Assembly: GCA_026395515.1 (NCBI GenBank)
Contig: JAPLYN010000006.1
Coordinates: forward strand, 12,844 to 76,843
DNA: 64,000 nucleotides
Direction of reading: 5' to 3'
DNA from: Candidatus Peregrinibacteria bacterium
Lineage (GTDB): Bacteria; Patescibacteriota; Gracilibacteria; UBA1369; LOWO2-01-FULL-3
Position 1 is the first letter of the stretch, and every line of letters starts with the position of its first letter. Below are positions 53,524 to 63,900 of the stretch, piece after piece. The notes beneath the pieces are model-generated. The model was not told where the DNA came from. It saw only the letters and a program-made list of their open reading frames with translations, and made no database searches. The position numbers and the translations under genes are program-made.

Positions 53524-55256
53524 TGACATTAAAGCAAAAAGCCTCATTCTTTTTAGGGATTTTTCTGTTTTTACAGATGAATTTGGCTTTCGCAGAAATT
53601 ACAGAAAACTGGGAAATAAAATCCTTCGACTCCGAGATATACTTAAATACCGATAGTTCTGCAGACATTAGTGAAACTATTACTGCAGATTTCAGCAAAG
53701 AGTCCCATCACGGAATAGAAAGAGACATTCCCTACTCTTTTGTAAATCAACGCAGCACTCCAATAAAAATCCTCAAAGCCATAGATGAAACCGGTCAAGC
53801 TTGGAAGCTAAAAACCTTCAAAGAAAATGGGTATTTGAAAGTGCAAATGACCACGACAGATGATCATTTAATGAACAATGAAACTAAGTTCATTCTCAAA
53901 TACCACATAGATAATATTTTTAATACCTACGACGATCACGATGAATTTTATTGGAATACAAACGGCACAGAATGGAGCGTCCCAACGAATTCAGTAAACA
54001 CGACAATTCATTCACCAATAAAAATCGCCGAATTTCCACAAGTCTCTTGCTTCACAGGAGAATATGGATCAACCGCACGAAACTGCGATTTCAAAGTAGT
54101 AGATGAAAAAACACTTTCAATTTCAACCACTAAACCACTCAACTCATACGAAGGACTTACCATGGTTTATGGCTTACCAAAGGGCACAGTTACCCCTCCT
54201 TCAATTTTCAAAATAATACTGTGGTTCATCCAAGACAATTTGATTATTTTCCTACCACTTGGAGTATTTCTTCTAATGTTTTTCCGTTGGTATAAATACG
54301 GACGTGATGACCAAGAAGTTTCAAACACTATAGTTCCTACTTTCATTCCACCAAAAGATTTATCCCCAACAGAGACAGGCACACTCATAGACGAAAAATT
54401 AGATCCTCGAGATATCACAGCAGCAATTATCGATTATGCTGTTCGCGGTTACATTAAAATAAAAGAGATTGAAACTCCTGGTCTTTTCGGCAAAAAAACA
54501 GATTATGAATTAGAATTAGTAAAACCTTGTCTCCTTGAGAAAAAATTTGAGAAAGAAATTATTCTTGGAATTTTTAATCAAAATAAACCAGGACAAAAGA
54601 AAAAGATTTCCGACCTTACCAATAGTTTTTATACACACGTACCAACAATTACTGATGCAGTAATGGAAGCTTTGATCACAGGAGATTACTTCCCACATAA
54701 TCCAGATACAGTACGTTCCACATATCAATTCATTGGCTTCGGAACAGTATTTGTAGCCTTTTTCGTCGCCAGCCTAGAATCACCTCTCCAAATTTTTGCC
54801 ATCGCACTTTCAGGATTAATAGTGGTTCTATTTGGAGCAATCATGCCAAGGAAAACTACCAAAGGCACAAAAACTTATTACGAATTAAAAGGTCTTTATG
54901 AATACATAAACACAGCGGAAAAAGACAGAATGAAATTCCAAGAACAAAACAACATTCTTTTCGAAAAACTCCTACCCTACGCAATGGCCTTTGGCATCAT
55001 CGACAAATGGACCAAAGCCTTTGATGGAATATTGAGCCAACCACCTTCCTGGTACTATCCAGTAAGCCCATACAGCCATTTCAATATGGTAATGTTCTCC
55101 AATAGTATAAGCAGCTTTTCAAACTCAACCACAAGCAATCTCACGACAAAACCTGGCGGACGAGGCGGAAATGGCGCCTGGAGCGGAGGCAGCGGCTTTG
55201 GAGGAGGAGGATTCTCTGGTGGAGGCTTCGGCGGTGGTGGCGGACGAGGGCTATAA
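53523..55256 (+). CDS. DUF2207-like membrane protein with a Gly-rich C-terminus
   Basis: Signal/TM segment, a large extracytoplasmic domain, internal TM helices, and a GGSGFGGGGFSGGGFGGGGG tail. Its start overlaps the lemA stop, the usual LemA pairing. Confidence 0.7.
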   Translation: MTLKQKASFFLGIFLFLQMNLAFAEITENWEIKSFDSEIYLNTDSSADISETITADFSKESHHGIERDIPYSFVNQRSTPIKILKAIDETGQAWKLKTFKENGYLKVQMTTTDDHLMNNETKFILKYHIDNIFNTYDDHDEFYWNTNGTEWSVPTNSVNTTIHSPIKIAEFPQVSCFTGEYGSTARNCDFKVVDEKTLSISTTKPLNSYEGLTMVYGLPKGTVTPPSIFKIILWFIQDNLIIFLPLGVFLLMFFRWYKYGRDDQEVSNTIVPTFIPPKDLSPTETGTLIDEKLDPRDITAAIIDYAVRGYIKIKEIETPGLFGKKTDYELELVKPCLLEKKFEKEIILGIFNQNKPGQKKKISDLTNSFYTHVPTITDAVMEALITGDYFPHNPDTVRSTYQFIGFGTVFVAFFVASLESPLQIFAIALSGLIVVLFGAIMPRKTTKGTKTYYELKGLYEYINTAEKDRMKFQEQNNILFEKLLPYAMAFGIIDKWTKAFDGILSQPPSWYYPVSPYSHFNMVMFSNSISSFSNSTTSNLTTKPGGRGGNGAWSGGSGFGGGGFSGGGFGGGGGRGL

Positions 55257-55258
55257 AA

Positions 55259-57241
55259 CTACATTCCCAACTCTTCTTTCATATTCTCAATCTCATCTCT
55301 AATTTCTGCAGCTTTTTCAAATTCCAAATTCTGACTAGCCAAATCCATCTTCGCCTCCATCACCTTTATCATTCTCTCCATTTCATCTCTAGGCATCTTC
55401 TTGAGATCAAGATCCTTATCGCCTTTCTTGCCCTTCTTCTTTCCACCAAACTGACTAATATCTTTTACCGCTTTCACAATAGTTTCAGGAGTAATTCCGT
55501 GTTCAGTATTGTAAGCAATTTGCTTAGCACGACGTCTGCTAGTTTCTCCAATCGCCTTCTTCATTGCATCAGTCATCTTGTCCGCATACATAATTACATA
55601 TCCATTCACGTTACGGGCACAACGACCAACCGTCTGAATGAGCGCGCTCGCACTTCTCAAAAATCCTTCCTTATCAGCATCGAGAATTGCCACAAGACTC
55701 ACCTCCGGCAAATCCAAACCTTCACGCAATAAGTTAATACCAACAAGCACATCAAATTTTCCGAGACGCAAATCGCGCAAAATTTCAATTCTCTCTAAAG
55801 TATCAATATCGGAATGTAAATATTTAACACGAATATCCGCATCAGACAAAAATTCCGTAAGATCTTCCGCACCACGTTTAGTTAAAGTAGTAATAAGAAC
55901 ACGATCACCTTTTACAACACGAGCAGTAATTTCTTTCATTAAATCTTCAATTTGTCCGGCAATTGGACGTACTGAAATTTCCGGATCCACAAGCCCCGTA
56001 GGTCTTACTACCTGTTCCACAATTCCATGTTTTGGAGTGTGCGCATCCTCATATTTTCCAGGAGTAGCAGAAACAAAAACCGTATTATTCATATACTTTT
56101 CAAACTCATCAAACTTCAAAGGTCTATTATCATGAGCTGAAGGTAAACGGAAACCATGTTCAATCAAAGTTTGTTTACGAGAAAAATTTCCATTATGCAT
56201 GCCTCCAATTTGAGGAACAGTCATATGGGACTCATCAATAAACAACAAGAAATCTTTTGGTAAATAATCCATCAAAGTTGTCGGTGGCTCACCAGGAAGT
56301 TTACCAGCCAAGTAACGAGTATAGTTCTCAATACCGCTGCAATATCCCGTTTCCTGCAAAATTTCTATATCATATTCTGTACGAGTTCTAATTCTCTCAG
56401 CTTCAATATTTCTTCCCATTTTCAATAACTCTGCATGACGAATTTCCATGTCCGCTCTAATTCCAGCAATCGCCTTTTCAATCTTATCCTTTGTAGTCAC
56501 ATCATGTTTTGCCGGGAATATTGTGACACTCTTTAATTCATTTTTTAATTCACCGGTAAAAGAATCTACTTCGGAAATTGCATCTACGTCATCACCAAAA
56601 AATTCGATTCTAAAAACAGTATCTCTATCAGGAGGGAAAACCTCCACCGTATCACCAAGCACATGGAACATACCATTCTTAAATTCCATTGCTGAACGGG
56701 TATATTGAATCTCCGTCAATTGTCTCAACAAATGATCACGAGGAATACTATCACCTACCGTAATTGTTCTCGCCAAAGTCGCATAATCATCCACAGAACC
56801 AAGACCGTAAATACATGACACAGAAGCCACAATCAAAACATCCTTACGAGTAAGTAAATTCACAGTAGCTGCATGTCTAAACTTCTCAATTTCCTCATTA
56901 ATCGAAGCATCTTTTTCAATATAAGTATCAGTAGAAGGCAAATACGCTTCCGGTTGATAATAATCATAATATGAAACGAAATAGCTCACTGCATTGTCCG
57001 GAAAAAATTCCTGAAACTCACTGCAAAGCTGCGCCGCCAAAGTTTTATTATGAGCAAGCACGATAGTCGGTCTTTGCAATTCCTCTACTACTTTCGCCAT
57101 CGTAAAAGTTTTACCAGAACCAGTAACTCCGAGTAGTGTTTGAAATTGCTCTCCTTTATTTAATCCAGCACACAATGCCTTAATTGCCGCAGGCTGATCG
57201 CCCTTCGGTTGCATCGGTGATTTGAGTACAAATTTTTTCAT
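55259..57241 (-). CDS. uvrB: Excinuclease ABC subunit B
   Basis: The ATG at 57241 gives MKKFVLKSPMQPKGDQPAAI...LLGVTGSGKTFTMA. Helicase motifs are present, along with a C-terminal UVR domain (..FEKAAEIRDEI..). Confidence 0.95.
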   Translation of the reverse strand: MKKFVLKSPMQPKGDQPAAIKALCAGLNKGEQFQTLLGVTGSGKTFTMAKVVEELQRPTIVLAHNKTLAAQLCSEFQEFFPDNAVSYFVSYYDYYQPEAYLPSTDTYIEKDASINEEIEKFRHAATVNLLTRKDVLIVASVSCIYGLGSVDDYATLARTITVGDSIPRDHLLRQLTEIQYTRSAMEFKNGMFHVLGDTVEVFPPDRDTVFRIEFFGDDVDAISEVDSFTGELKNELKSVTIFPAKHDVTTKDKIEKAIAGIRADMEIRHAELLKMGRNIEAERIRTRTEYDIEILQETGYCSGIENYTRYLAGKLPGEPPTTLMDYLPKDFLLFIDESHMTVPQIGGMHNGNFSRKQTLIEHGFRLPSAHDNRPLKFDEFEKYMNNTVFVSATPGKYEDAHTPKHGIVEQVVRPTGLVDPEISVRPIAGQIEDLMKEITARVVKGDRVLITTLTKRGAEDLTEFLSDADIRVKYLHSDIDTLERIEILRDLRLGKFDVLVGINLLREGLDLPEVSLVAILDADKEGFLRSASALIQTVGRCARNVNGYVIMYADKMTDAMKKAIGETSRRRAKQIAYNTEHGITPETIVKAVKDISQFGGKKKGKKGDKDLDLKKMPRDEMERMIKVMEAKMDLASQNLEFEKAAEIRDEIENMKEELGM

Positions 57242-57362
57242 AATTTCTGAAAACAGCCTGAGGATGATACCACGCATTGCTTTACTCGTCTAGTTTATGC
57301 GCTTAAATTCACCTTTTAAAACACCTCTTTGAATAAAAATCATTATCGATTATTATAAGCTC

Positions 57363-58190
57363 ATGTACAAAGACCTCCTCAAATTTGCCATCAAGACAGC
57401 AAAAAAAGCTGGGAAGTATGTTTTGGCTGAACAAAAAAAAGGACTCATTATCGAAGAGAAAGGCAAAAATGATTTAGTCACCAACGCCGACAAAGCATCA
57501 GAAGAACTAATTATAAAAGAAATAAACAAAGCCTATCCCGACCACGCAATTATTGGTGAAGAATCTAGTTTTATTCGCAAATCAGACTTTAGCGACTACG
57601 CAGATTCTGAATATATTTGGCTTGTAGATCCAATCGACGGCACCACAAATTATGCTCATCAATTAAAGGAATATGCCGTCTCAATCGGTCTCTTCAAATT
57701 ATCAAAAAAAGAAAAATCCAAAAACTTTCAATATCTTACCGGCGAATTAATTGTCGGAGTAGTGTACGCACCAGGAATGAATGAACTTTTTTCCGCCGCA
57801 AAAGGTGAAGGAGCATATATGAACGGCAAAAAAATCCAAGTCACAAAAATCAACGAAGTAAAAAACGGACTATTTGCGACTGGATTCCCTTACAAGAACC
57901 AAGGAATAAATCTTCCATACTTCAATGCCATGATGGGACGTTGCCAAGCTATACGCAGACTTGGAGCTGCTTCTTTGGATCTCTGCTACGTCGCTGCTGG
58001 ACGTTTTGAAGGATATTGGGAATTTGGGCTAAAGCCTTGGGATATCGCCGCTGGAGCACTAATCATAGAAGAAGCTGGAGGAACCGTAACAGATACAAAC
58101 GGAAATCAAATAGATCTTTTTGGCGCTGACATTTTTGGCAGTAATCACAAAATTCACCAAGAGACCTTAAACATCTTCAAAAATATCTAG
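57363..58190 (+). CDS. suhB: Inositol monophosphatase family protein
   Basis: ..WLVDPIDGTTNY.. and ..WDIAAG.. motifs, 275 aa. Confidence 0.88.
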   Translation: MYKDLLKFAIKTAKKAGKYVLAEQKKGLIIEEKGKNDLVTNADKASEELIIKEINKAYPDHAIIGEESSFIRKSDFSDYADSEYIWLVDPIDGTTNYAHQLKEYAVSIGLFKLSKKEKSKNFQYLTGELIVGVVYAPGMNELFSAAKGEGAYMNGKKIQVTKINEVKNGLFATGFPYKNQGINLPYFNAMMGRCQAIRRLGAASLDLCYVAAGRFEGYWEFGLKPWDIAAGALIIEEAGGTVTDTNGNQIDLFGADIFGSNHKIHQETLNIFKNI

Positions 58191-58977
58191 GCTTTACAAT
58201 CGGTATTTTCTTTCTCAAAAGTGCATTATTTTCATCACTGACGTCTTCAACTACTCCACACACACGCTGATGGAAAGCCCATCTAGAAACTACTAAAACA
58301 GAATTTTCCTTCCATTCATGAACATGCTGAAATCCTTCTAACTTCAAATCCAGAGATTTTTGAAAATCAAAAATATCCTGATCTGTAATTCTCAAATCGG
58401 AAGACACATTAAAAATAAAACCAGAGAGACGCTTACCTATTTCGTCATCACCAAATTCATTACCGTATAACATCCTGTATTTCATCGCCAATTCAAACAA
58501 CTTCTTTAACTCAACTGCTTGAGCACTAAGTTCAGGAGAATTTCTCACCAAAATTTCTATATTTTCAAAAAATGCCTTCACCACAACGCTTCTACTTGAA
58601 ATAGCCGTATTTTGATCACGACCACCTTCTGAAAAAAGCGCAAAATCCTCAAGATCCCTATGCCAAATAGTATTTAATTTTTCCCTAACATTTATAAATT
58701 TAAGAAATCGAGAATTCTCGGGCTGCTTGCTGCGCTGATAATCGGCAAAGCCAGGCTCTACTCTCATAGATGCAAAACCACAACTCTCTACCCAATTCCA
58801 AAATCTAATTCTATCAGCTCCCCAAATCAACCTTCCAACTTGTTCATGAGTCATCTCCCCACCATCATTAAAAACCAAGCCGAATCTATTTTCATAAATA
58901 TCCCTACCATCAGTAGAATACTCAGGATAAAGAATTTTAGCCTCCACACCTTCCCCAAATTTATAAACCTCGCTCAT
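58177..58977 (-). CDS. Hypothetical protein, 266 aa (weak resemblance to Fe(II)/2-oxoglutarate dioxygenases)
   Basis: Clean ORF. WHRD (an HxD-like motif) and a distal ..HEWKENSVLVVSRWAFHQR.. are reminiscent of TauD/TfdA-type facial-triad spacing. Seen by eye only. Confidence 0.5.
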   Translation of the reverse strand: MSEVYKFGEGVEAKILYPEYSTDGRDIYENRFGLVFNDGGEMTHEQVGRLIWGADRIRFWNWVESCGFASMRVEPGFADYQRSKQPENSRFLKFINVREKLNTIWHRDLEDFALFSEGGRDQNTAISSRSVVVKAFFENIEILVRNSPELSAQAVELKKLFELAMKYRMLYGNEFGDDEIGKRLSGFIFNVSSDLRITDQDIFDFQKSLDLKLEGFQHVHEWKENSVLVVSRWAFHQRVCGVVEDVSDENNALLRKKIPIVKPRYF

Positions 58978-59037
58978 GATATTTTTTTAAGCGCACAGAG
59001 TAAAAGAATACGATTAATATGTCAAATTCCCATGGAC

Positions 59038-59066
59038 TTGCCTAAAAATGGCTTTTCTATTACTAT
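59038..59066 (+). promoter_or_regulatory. Sigma70-like promoter upstream of tRNA-Arg
   Basis: TTGCCT (59038-59043), a 17-nt spacer, then TACTAT (59061-59066). Confidence 0.4.
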
Positions 59067-59098
59067 TGGCGGGCCTTCAAAGGCAAACACCTTCACGT

Positions 59099-59175
59099 GC
59101 GCTCGTAGCTCAGATGGATAGAGCATCAGCTTGCGGAGCTGGGGGTCACAGGTTCGACTCCTGTCGGGCGCACCA
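59099..59175 (+). tRNA. tRNA-Arg, anticodon GCG, CCA encoded
   Basis: Hand-folded cloverleaf: acceptor GCGCTCG/CGGGCGC, D arm GCTC/GAGC, anticodon stem TCAGC/GCTGG with loop TT-GCG-GA, variable loop GGGTC, T arm ACAGG-TTCGACT-CCTGT, discriminator A, then CCA. Confidence 0.88.
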
Positions 59176-59226
59176 TTTCAATTTAGTAGCTACTCTATAG
59201 TAGCCCGTTGACAAAACGGCATATTA

Positions 59227-60960
59227 GTGCCAAAATTAACTCCTTTTGCATATCATATGACTGAGCCAGAATTAAATATAGACGACGACTCCTCTGGAAG
59301 AGATGAGGAAGACGCCATGTTGAAAGCCGGCTATGCTGGAATTCTTCATCAAAGATATCCATTTCACCCTACGGACACAGCCTCCTTTAATGATGAAAAC
59401 TCTTACGTTTTAAGCTTGGAAAAAGAGTACTTAGACATTCCACCTAATTTAGAATTTGGACGACTTTTTAATTCCATACCCGAAGAACATAGATCAAGAC
59501 TTAAAGATATTTGGAAATTAGTTGAAAATAATTATTTTGAATACTTAGAGATATGTGAAGATCTTGAACAAAAATGGACAACCGGTGTCCCCATCGATCA
59601 ATTAGGGGAATTTTCCGAAAGAATAGTTAAGGATTCAAAGATAATGATGATCCCAGAACTAAAAAACGGAGTAAGAGCCATAGTCGAAAAATCTTCAGAA
59701 AAGCGCGAACTAAGAACATGGAAAAGGGAAGAAAAAGCACTTCGTAAGTCACTTTATGATGTTACAAAAAAATATATAGTTTCCTTACGTCTATATTACG
59801 AGATGCTTCTAGAAAGCAACCCTGAAAAAAGAGGTGAAGATAAAGAAAACGAAGATTATGTTTTACCAAAGGATCATCAAGATCGCGATGAAATCGTAGA
59901 AAGAAATCGTTATCTCAGATACATCGATGCTGCACATCAAGGTATCGCAATTGGCAAAGCTGCTCATCATGGGCAAGAAAAAGGACGAATGAGAAAAACT
60001 GAAAAACTTCCATATATTATTCACGGAATGGATGTAAGTCATGCAACATCACTCGATGTTCTTCCTTATACCTTAGACCGAGGAATGGCAAACCTAGCGG
60101 TAATAATAGCTTTAGTAGGCCCAATTCACGATGTTATTGAGGATACAGATTTGAAAATGGAAGATCTTTTTGGAAGCCAAGGTTATCTAAAAAGATTAAC
60201 AGACGCATACGACAGCAGCCTAGATCCAAAAATTAAAAGCGGCTTTCCTACGCCAGATACAACCCGCGATAAAATAAAAGAAAAAGTCTTAAATCTTCTA
60301 AAGCCTGACGTATTTAAAATAGTGCAAGAAGTCCTAAGGTTAGTAAGCCATAACTCCCAATGGACAGATCAAGAGAAAGCCAAAGCTGTACAGCAATCGA
60401 TCCCAGGCAAAGAAACTACTATGAAAATTTTAGGAATCACTCCTGAAAAATACAAAGGATGGAAAGCAGATAAACCAGATAGAAGTAACAATACTTTCTT
60501 TGAATTCCCAGAGGAAACTGAAGAAAAAGAAAACAAATCGACTGCATTCCTAATGCGCATAAATGCTATGCACGGAGTAGAAAGCCGCCAAGTTGCCCTA
60601 ATAATTAAACTAGAAGATAGAGCAAATAACATTCTATCATTGGATAAAATGAAGCCTGAAAAACAAAGAAGTATGCTTCGCAGCACTACTTCCAGAGTAA
60701 TTGCTTGGGCAATGCTGGATCACGACAACAAAAACTATCCACTATACAATGCGCTTCCACGTTGTATTGATACAACCCTCAAAGGCTACGAAAAGTTCAT
60801 GGCCTCAAATCCAGAAGCAATCACAGACCTCGACCGTAGATACATAGCAGAACTAGAACAATGGCAAATAGATGTAAAACGCTTCGTTGTCCCCTCTAAA
60901 ATAATAGCAGTATTAAAGCGAAACAGAGAGCTGAAGTCTAAAGAATCTCAAGCTGCCTAG
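59227..60960 (+). CDS. Large protein with a central RelA/SpoT-type HD (ppGpp-hydrolase-like) domain
   Basis: ..AAHHGQEKGRMRKTEKLPYIIHGMDV.....VGPIHDVIEDTD.. and a distal ..IIKLEDRANNILSL.. The start is GTG at 59227 or ATG at 59257. No synthetase motif recognised. Confidence 0.65.
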   Translation: MPKLTPFAYHMTEPELNIDDDSSGRDEEDAMLKAGYAGILHQRYPFHPTDTASFNDENSYVLSLEKEYLDIPPNLEFGRLFNSIPEEHRSRLKDIWKLVENNYFEYLEICEDLEQKWTTGVPIDQLGEFSERIVKDSKIMMIPELKNGVRAIVEKSSEKRELRTWKREEKALRKSLYDVTKKYIVSLRLYYEMLLESNPEKRGEDKENEDYVLPKDHQDRDEIVERNRYLRYIDAAHQGIAIGKAAHHGQEKGRMRKTEKLPYIIHGMDVSHATSLDVLPYTLDRGMANLAVIIALVGPIHDVIEDTDLKMEDLFGSQGYLKRLTDAYDSSLDPKIKSGFPTPDTTRDKIKEKVLNLLKPDVFKIVQEVLRLVSHNSQWTDQEKAKAVQQSIPGKETTMKILGITPEKYKGWKADKPDRSNNTFFEFPEETEEKENKSTAFLMRINAMHGVESRQVALIIKLEDRANNILSLDKMKPEKQRSMLRSTTSRVIAWAMLDHDNKNYPLYNALPRCIDTTLKGYEKFMASNPEAITDLDRRYIAELEQWQIDVKRFVVPSKIIAVLKRNRELKSKESQAA

Positions 60961-63900
60961 TTTACCGTCTTCTTTCCAAATATCATTTCATTAATATTGC
61001 TCAACCAAGGATTTTTTCCATTCACCACAGTCAAAAGAACATTCACTGAAGTTTCTCCGGCAGCGATAGTTGCTGTTCCTGAAGCTAAAGTATAATCCGC
61101 TCCACTTCCTGTCGCTGTACCTCCGGTAACTGCGTAATCGACAGTCACACTCCATGGGAAAGAACTAGAAAGAGTTAAAGGTAAATTCACAGAAGTTACA
61201 GACTCAAGACCGCTTGCGCTTGTTGTAGAAAATCCTACATTCGGAAACTCAACCCATCTAAAATATGGATATCCATTATTTGTAGAAGTCCCAATATTCC
61301 AAATACTGCTGAAATCCCAACCAGCATCAGTAAAAGTAGACCCAGTTTTCATTTCTAAAGTAGTTTTTGCCACGCCTCCATCACTATCTCCTCTTCCTGA
61401 AGTTTCTGTATCCCATCCCGAAGCAGAAACGGTTCCAGTATTAGCTCCACAAAAACCCTTTGCACTTCCACCACTCACAGTGCCTAAAGAATATGAATTA
61501 CCTACAGTTCCTTCATTATTACCTACAAATCCTCCCACTCCACCAGAAGTTCCTACCACGTTACCACTAGAATATGAGCTGGAAACTCCCCCATTAGTTG
61601 AGGATTTATTATATCCGACAAATCCTCCCACGTATGAAGCTCCTGAAACGTTTGCTGTAGAATACGAACCTCCCACAAAAGCGCCAGTATCATTATATCC
61701 AATCAATCCACCATCATAATCTGCAAGACCAGTAACGGTTCCTGTGGAATATGAAAAATAAACATTAGCACCACTGCCGCTATATCCCAAAAGTCCTCCC
61801 ACTCCATTATCACCAGTTATATTTGCATTTTGAACACCAGTATAAATAATCAATCCACCATCACCAAGACCACCAAACAAACCAACTCCATTGGCAGCCG
61901 GCCTATTAATAAATAAATTTTTAACAGCGTATTTTTGTCCGTTAAAAGTACCCGTAAATTGAACACCTGGGTTCACAGTTCCAAGAGGCTCAAATCCCAA
62001 TCCACCATTCCACAAAGCCCCACCGGCATGAGTATCAGTCTGACAATCCACATCTCCTGTCAAAATATAATGACCGGCAAGATTTTCGCTAATCGCCTGC
62101 AATTCAGTACAAGTAGAAATAGAAACTGGAGTAACAACTGTAAAACTCCAAGTCGTAGCATCAGCTATGCCAGCATATGGATTATGAGCGGCATCCTCGA
62201 AAGTTCCCACATCCATTAGCACATGATATTCCGTCGTATAATCGAGCAAGCTTCCCATATGCAATATCACAGTGCTACCGCTAATACTTACATCATCTGT
62301 ATTTGTTGCAGTAATAGTTTGAAAAACACTTTCTCCCTGCATTACATAAATGTGCTTATCAGCCACAGCACTAACATTTTCGCCAAAGTTAATGGTCAAA
62401 GTTGCTGCAGGAGAAACACCCGTCGCATTATCTAGAGGAGAAAACGAACTCACTGAAGGTGGTGTGCTATCTGGAGGAGTAGGATCATCTAAAGTAGTGA
62501 AATTCCAAGTCGTACTATCAGCAATTCCAGTAATTGGATTCGAAGATGCATCAGTAAAAGCACCAGAATCAATTATCATATGATAAGCAGTGGAATAAGC
62601 TAAACTAGATGGTAAAGTAACCGCTACAGTCCCTCCAAGAACAGACACAGAACCTCCATCAACAGCAATAGTTGCAACTGTAGTTCCTCCATTCATCACA
62701 TACATATTTTTGCCACCCACAGCGATAACATTCTCATCAAAAACAACCGTAAGTCCGGTAGTAATAGACACTCCCGTGGCATTATCTGCCGGAGTTATAG
62801 AAGTAACCGAAGGAGGAGTCACATCTGGAGCAGCACCGGTATCAAAATTCCATGTTGTACTATCCGCAATTCCAGCAAATGGATTTCCAGACCCATCTTC
62901 AAAAGCTCCCACATCAACCAACACATGATAAGAAGTAGAGTAATCCAAAGGAGCAGCCAAATGCATCGTTACAACATTATCTGCCACCACCACTACAGCT
63001 CCATTAGTTGCCTCACTCGATTGAATAGTAGATCCTCCCTGCATTACAGTAATATATTTAGCCGCAATCGGAGTTACATTTTCAGTAAAAGTTAAAGTCA
63101 AATCAGTCGTACGAGACACCCCGGTAGCTTCATCTGCCGGCAACAAAGTTGAAACACTTGGAGGAGTCACATCTGGAGCAGCGCCGGTAGCAAAATTCCA
63201 TGTAGTAGAACTAGCAATTCCGGCAAATGGATTACCAAAAGTATCCTCAAAAGCACCAGCATCCATTGTCACATAATAACCGGTTGAATAATCCAAATTT
63301 GAATTCAAATCAATAACAACAATTGCATTAAGAATCGAAACTTTTATTCCATCCACAGCCACACTTTCAAAAGTGGTGTCATCAGCAATTCTTTTTACAT
63401 AGAGAAATTTACCCGCTACCGCGTTAACATTCTTATCAAAGGTAACAACTAAATTTGAACCTGCAGAAACTCCCGTAGCACCATCAGTAGGAGATAAAGT
63501 GGCAACCACCGGTGGTGTAGCCGTAGTAAAATTCCAATCAGTAGCACTGGAAATTCCAGCAATAGGATTCAAAGCAGCATCAGTAAAAGCTCCAGCATCA
63601 ATCAATATATTATAACCAGTAGTCCAATCCAAAGTTGTAGCCAAATTCACTTCCACACTAGCTCCGGTAACCGTAACCTTTGAACCATTAGTAACATCAA
63701 CCGATTCCACGACAGTTCCTCCTTGTTTAACAACGATATATTTTCCTGCAACAGCAACAACATTCTCATCAAAATTAATAGTCAAATTTGTATTTGGCGA
63801 AACTCCTGTAGCGTTATCAAGTGGAGTCAATGTCGTAATCGATGGAGCCGTAACATCTGGAGTAACTGTAGTAAAATTCCAAGTGGTTGAATCTGAAATA

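Noticed and set aside
58840-59121. A 93-aa plus-strand ORF spanning the intergenic region and the first part of the tRNA gene.
   Set aside because: It overlaps the 5' part of the minus-strand 266-aa gene and runs into the tRNA-Arg gene at 59099-59175. There is no coding signature.
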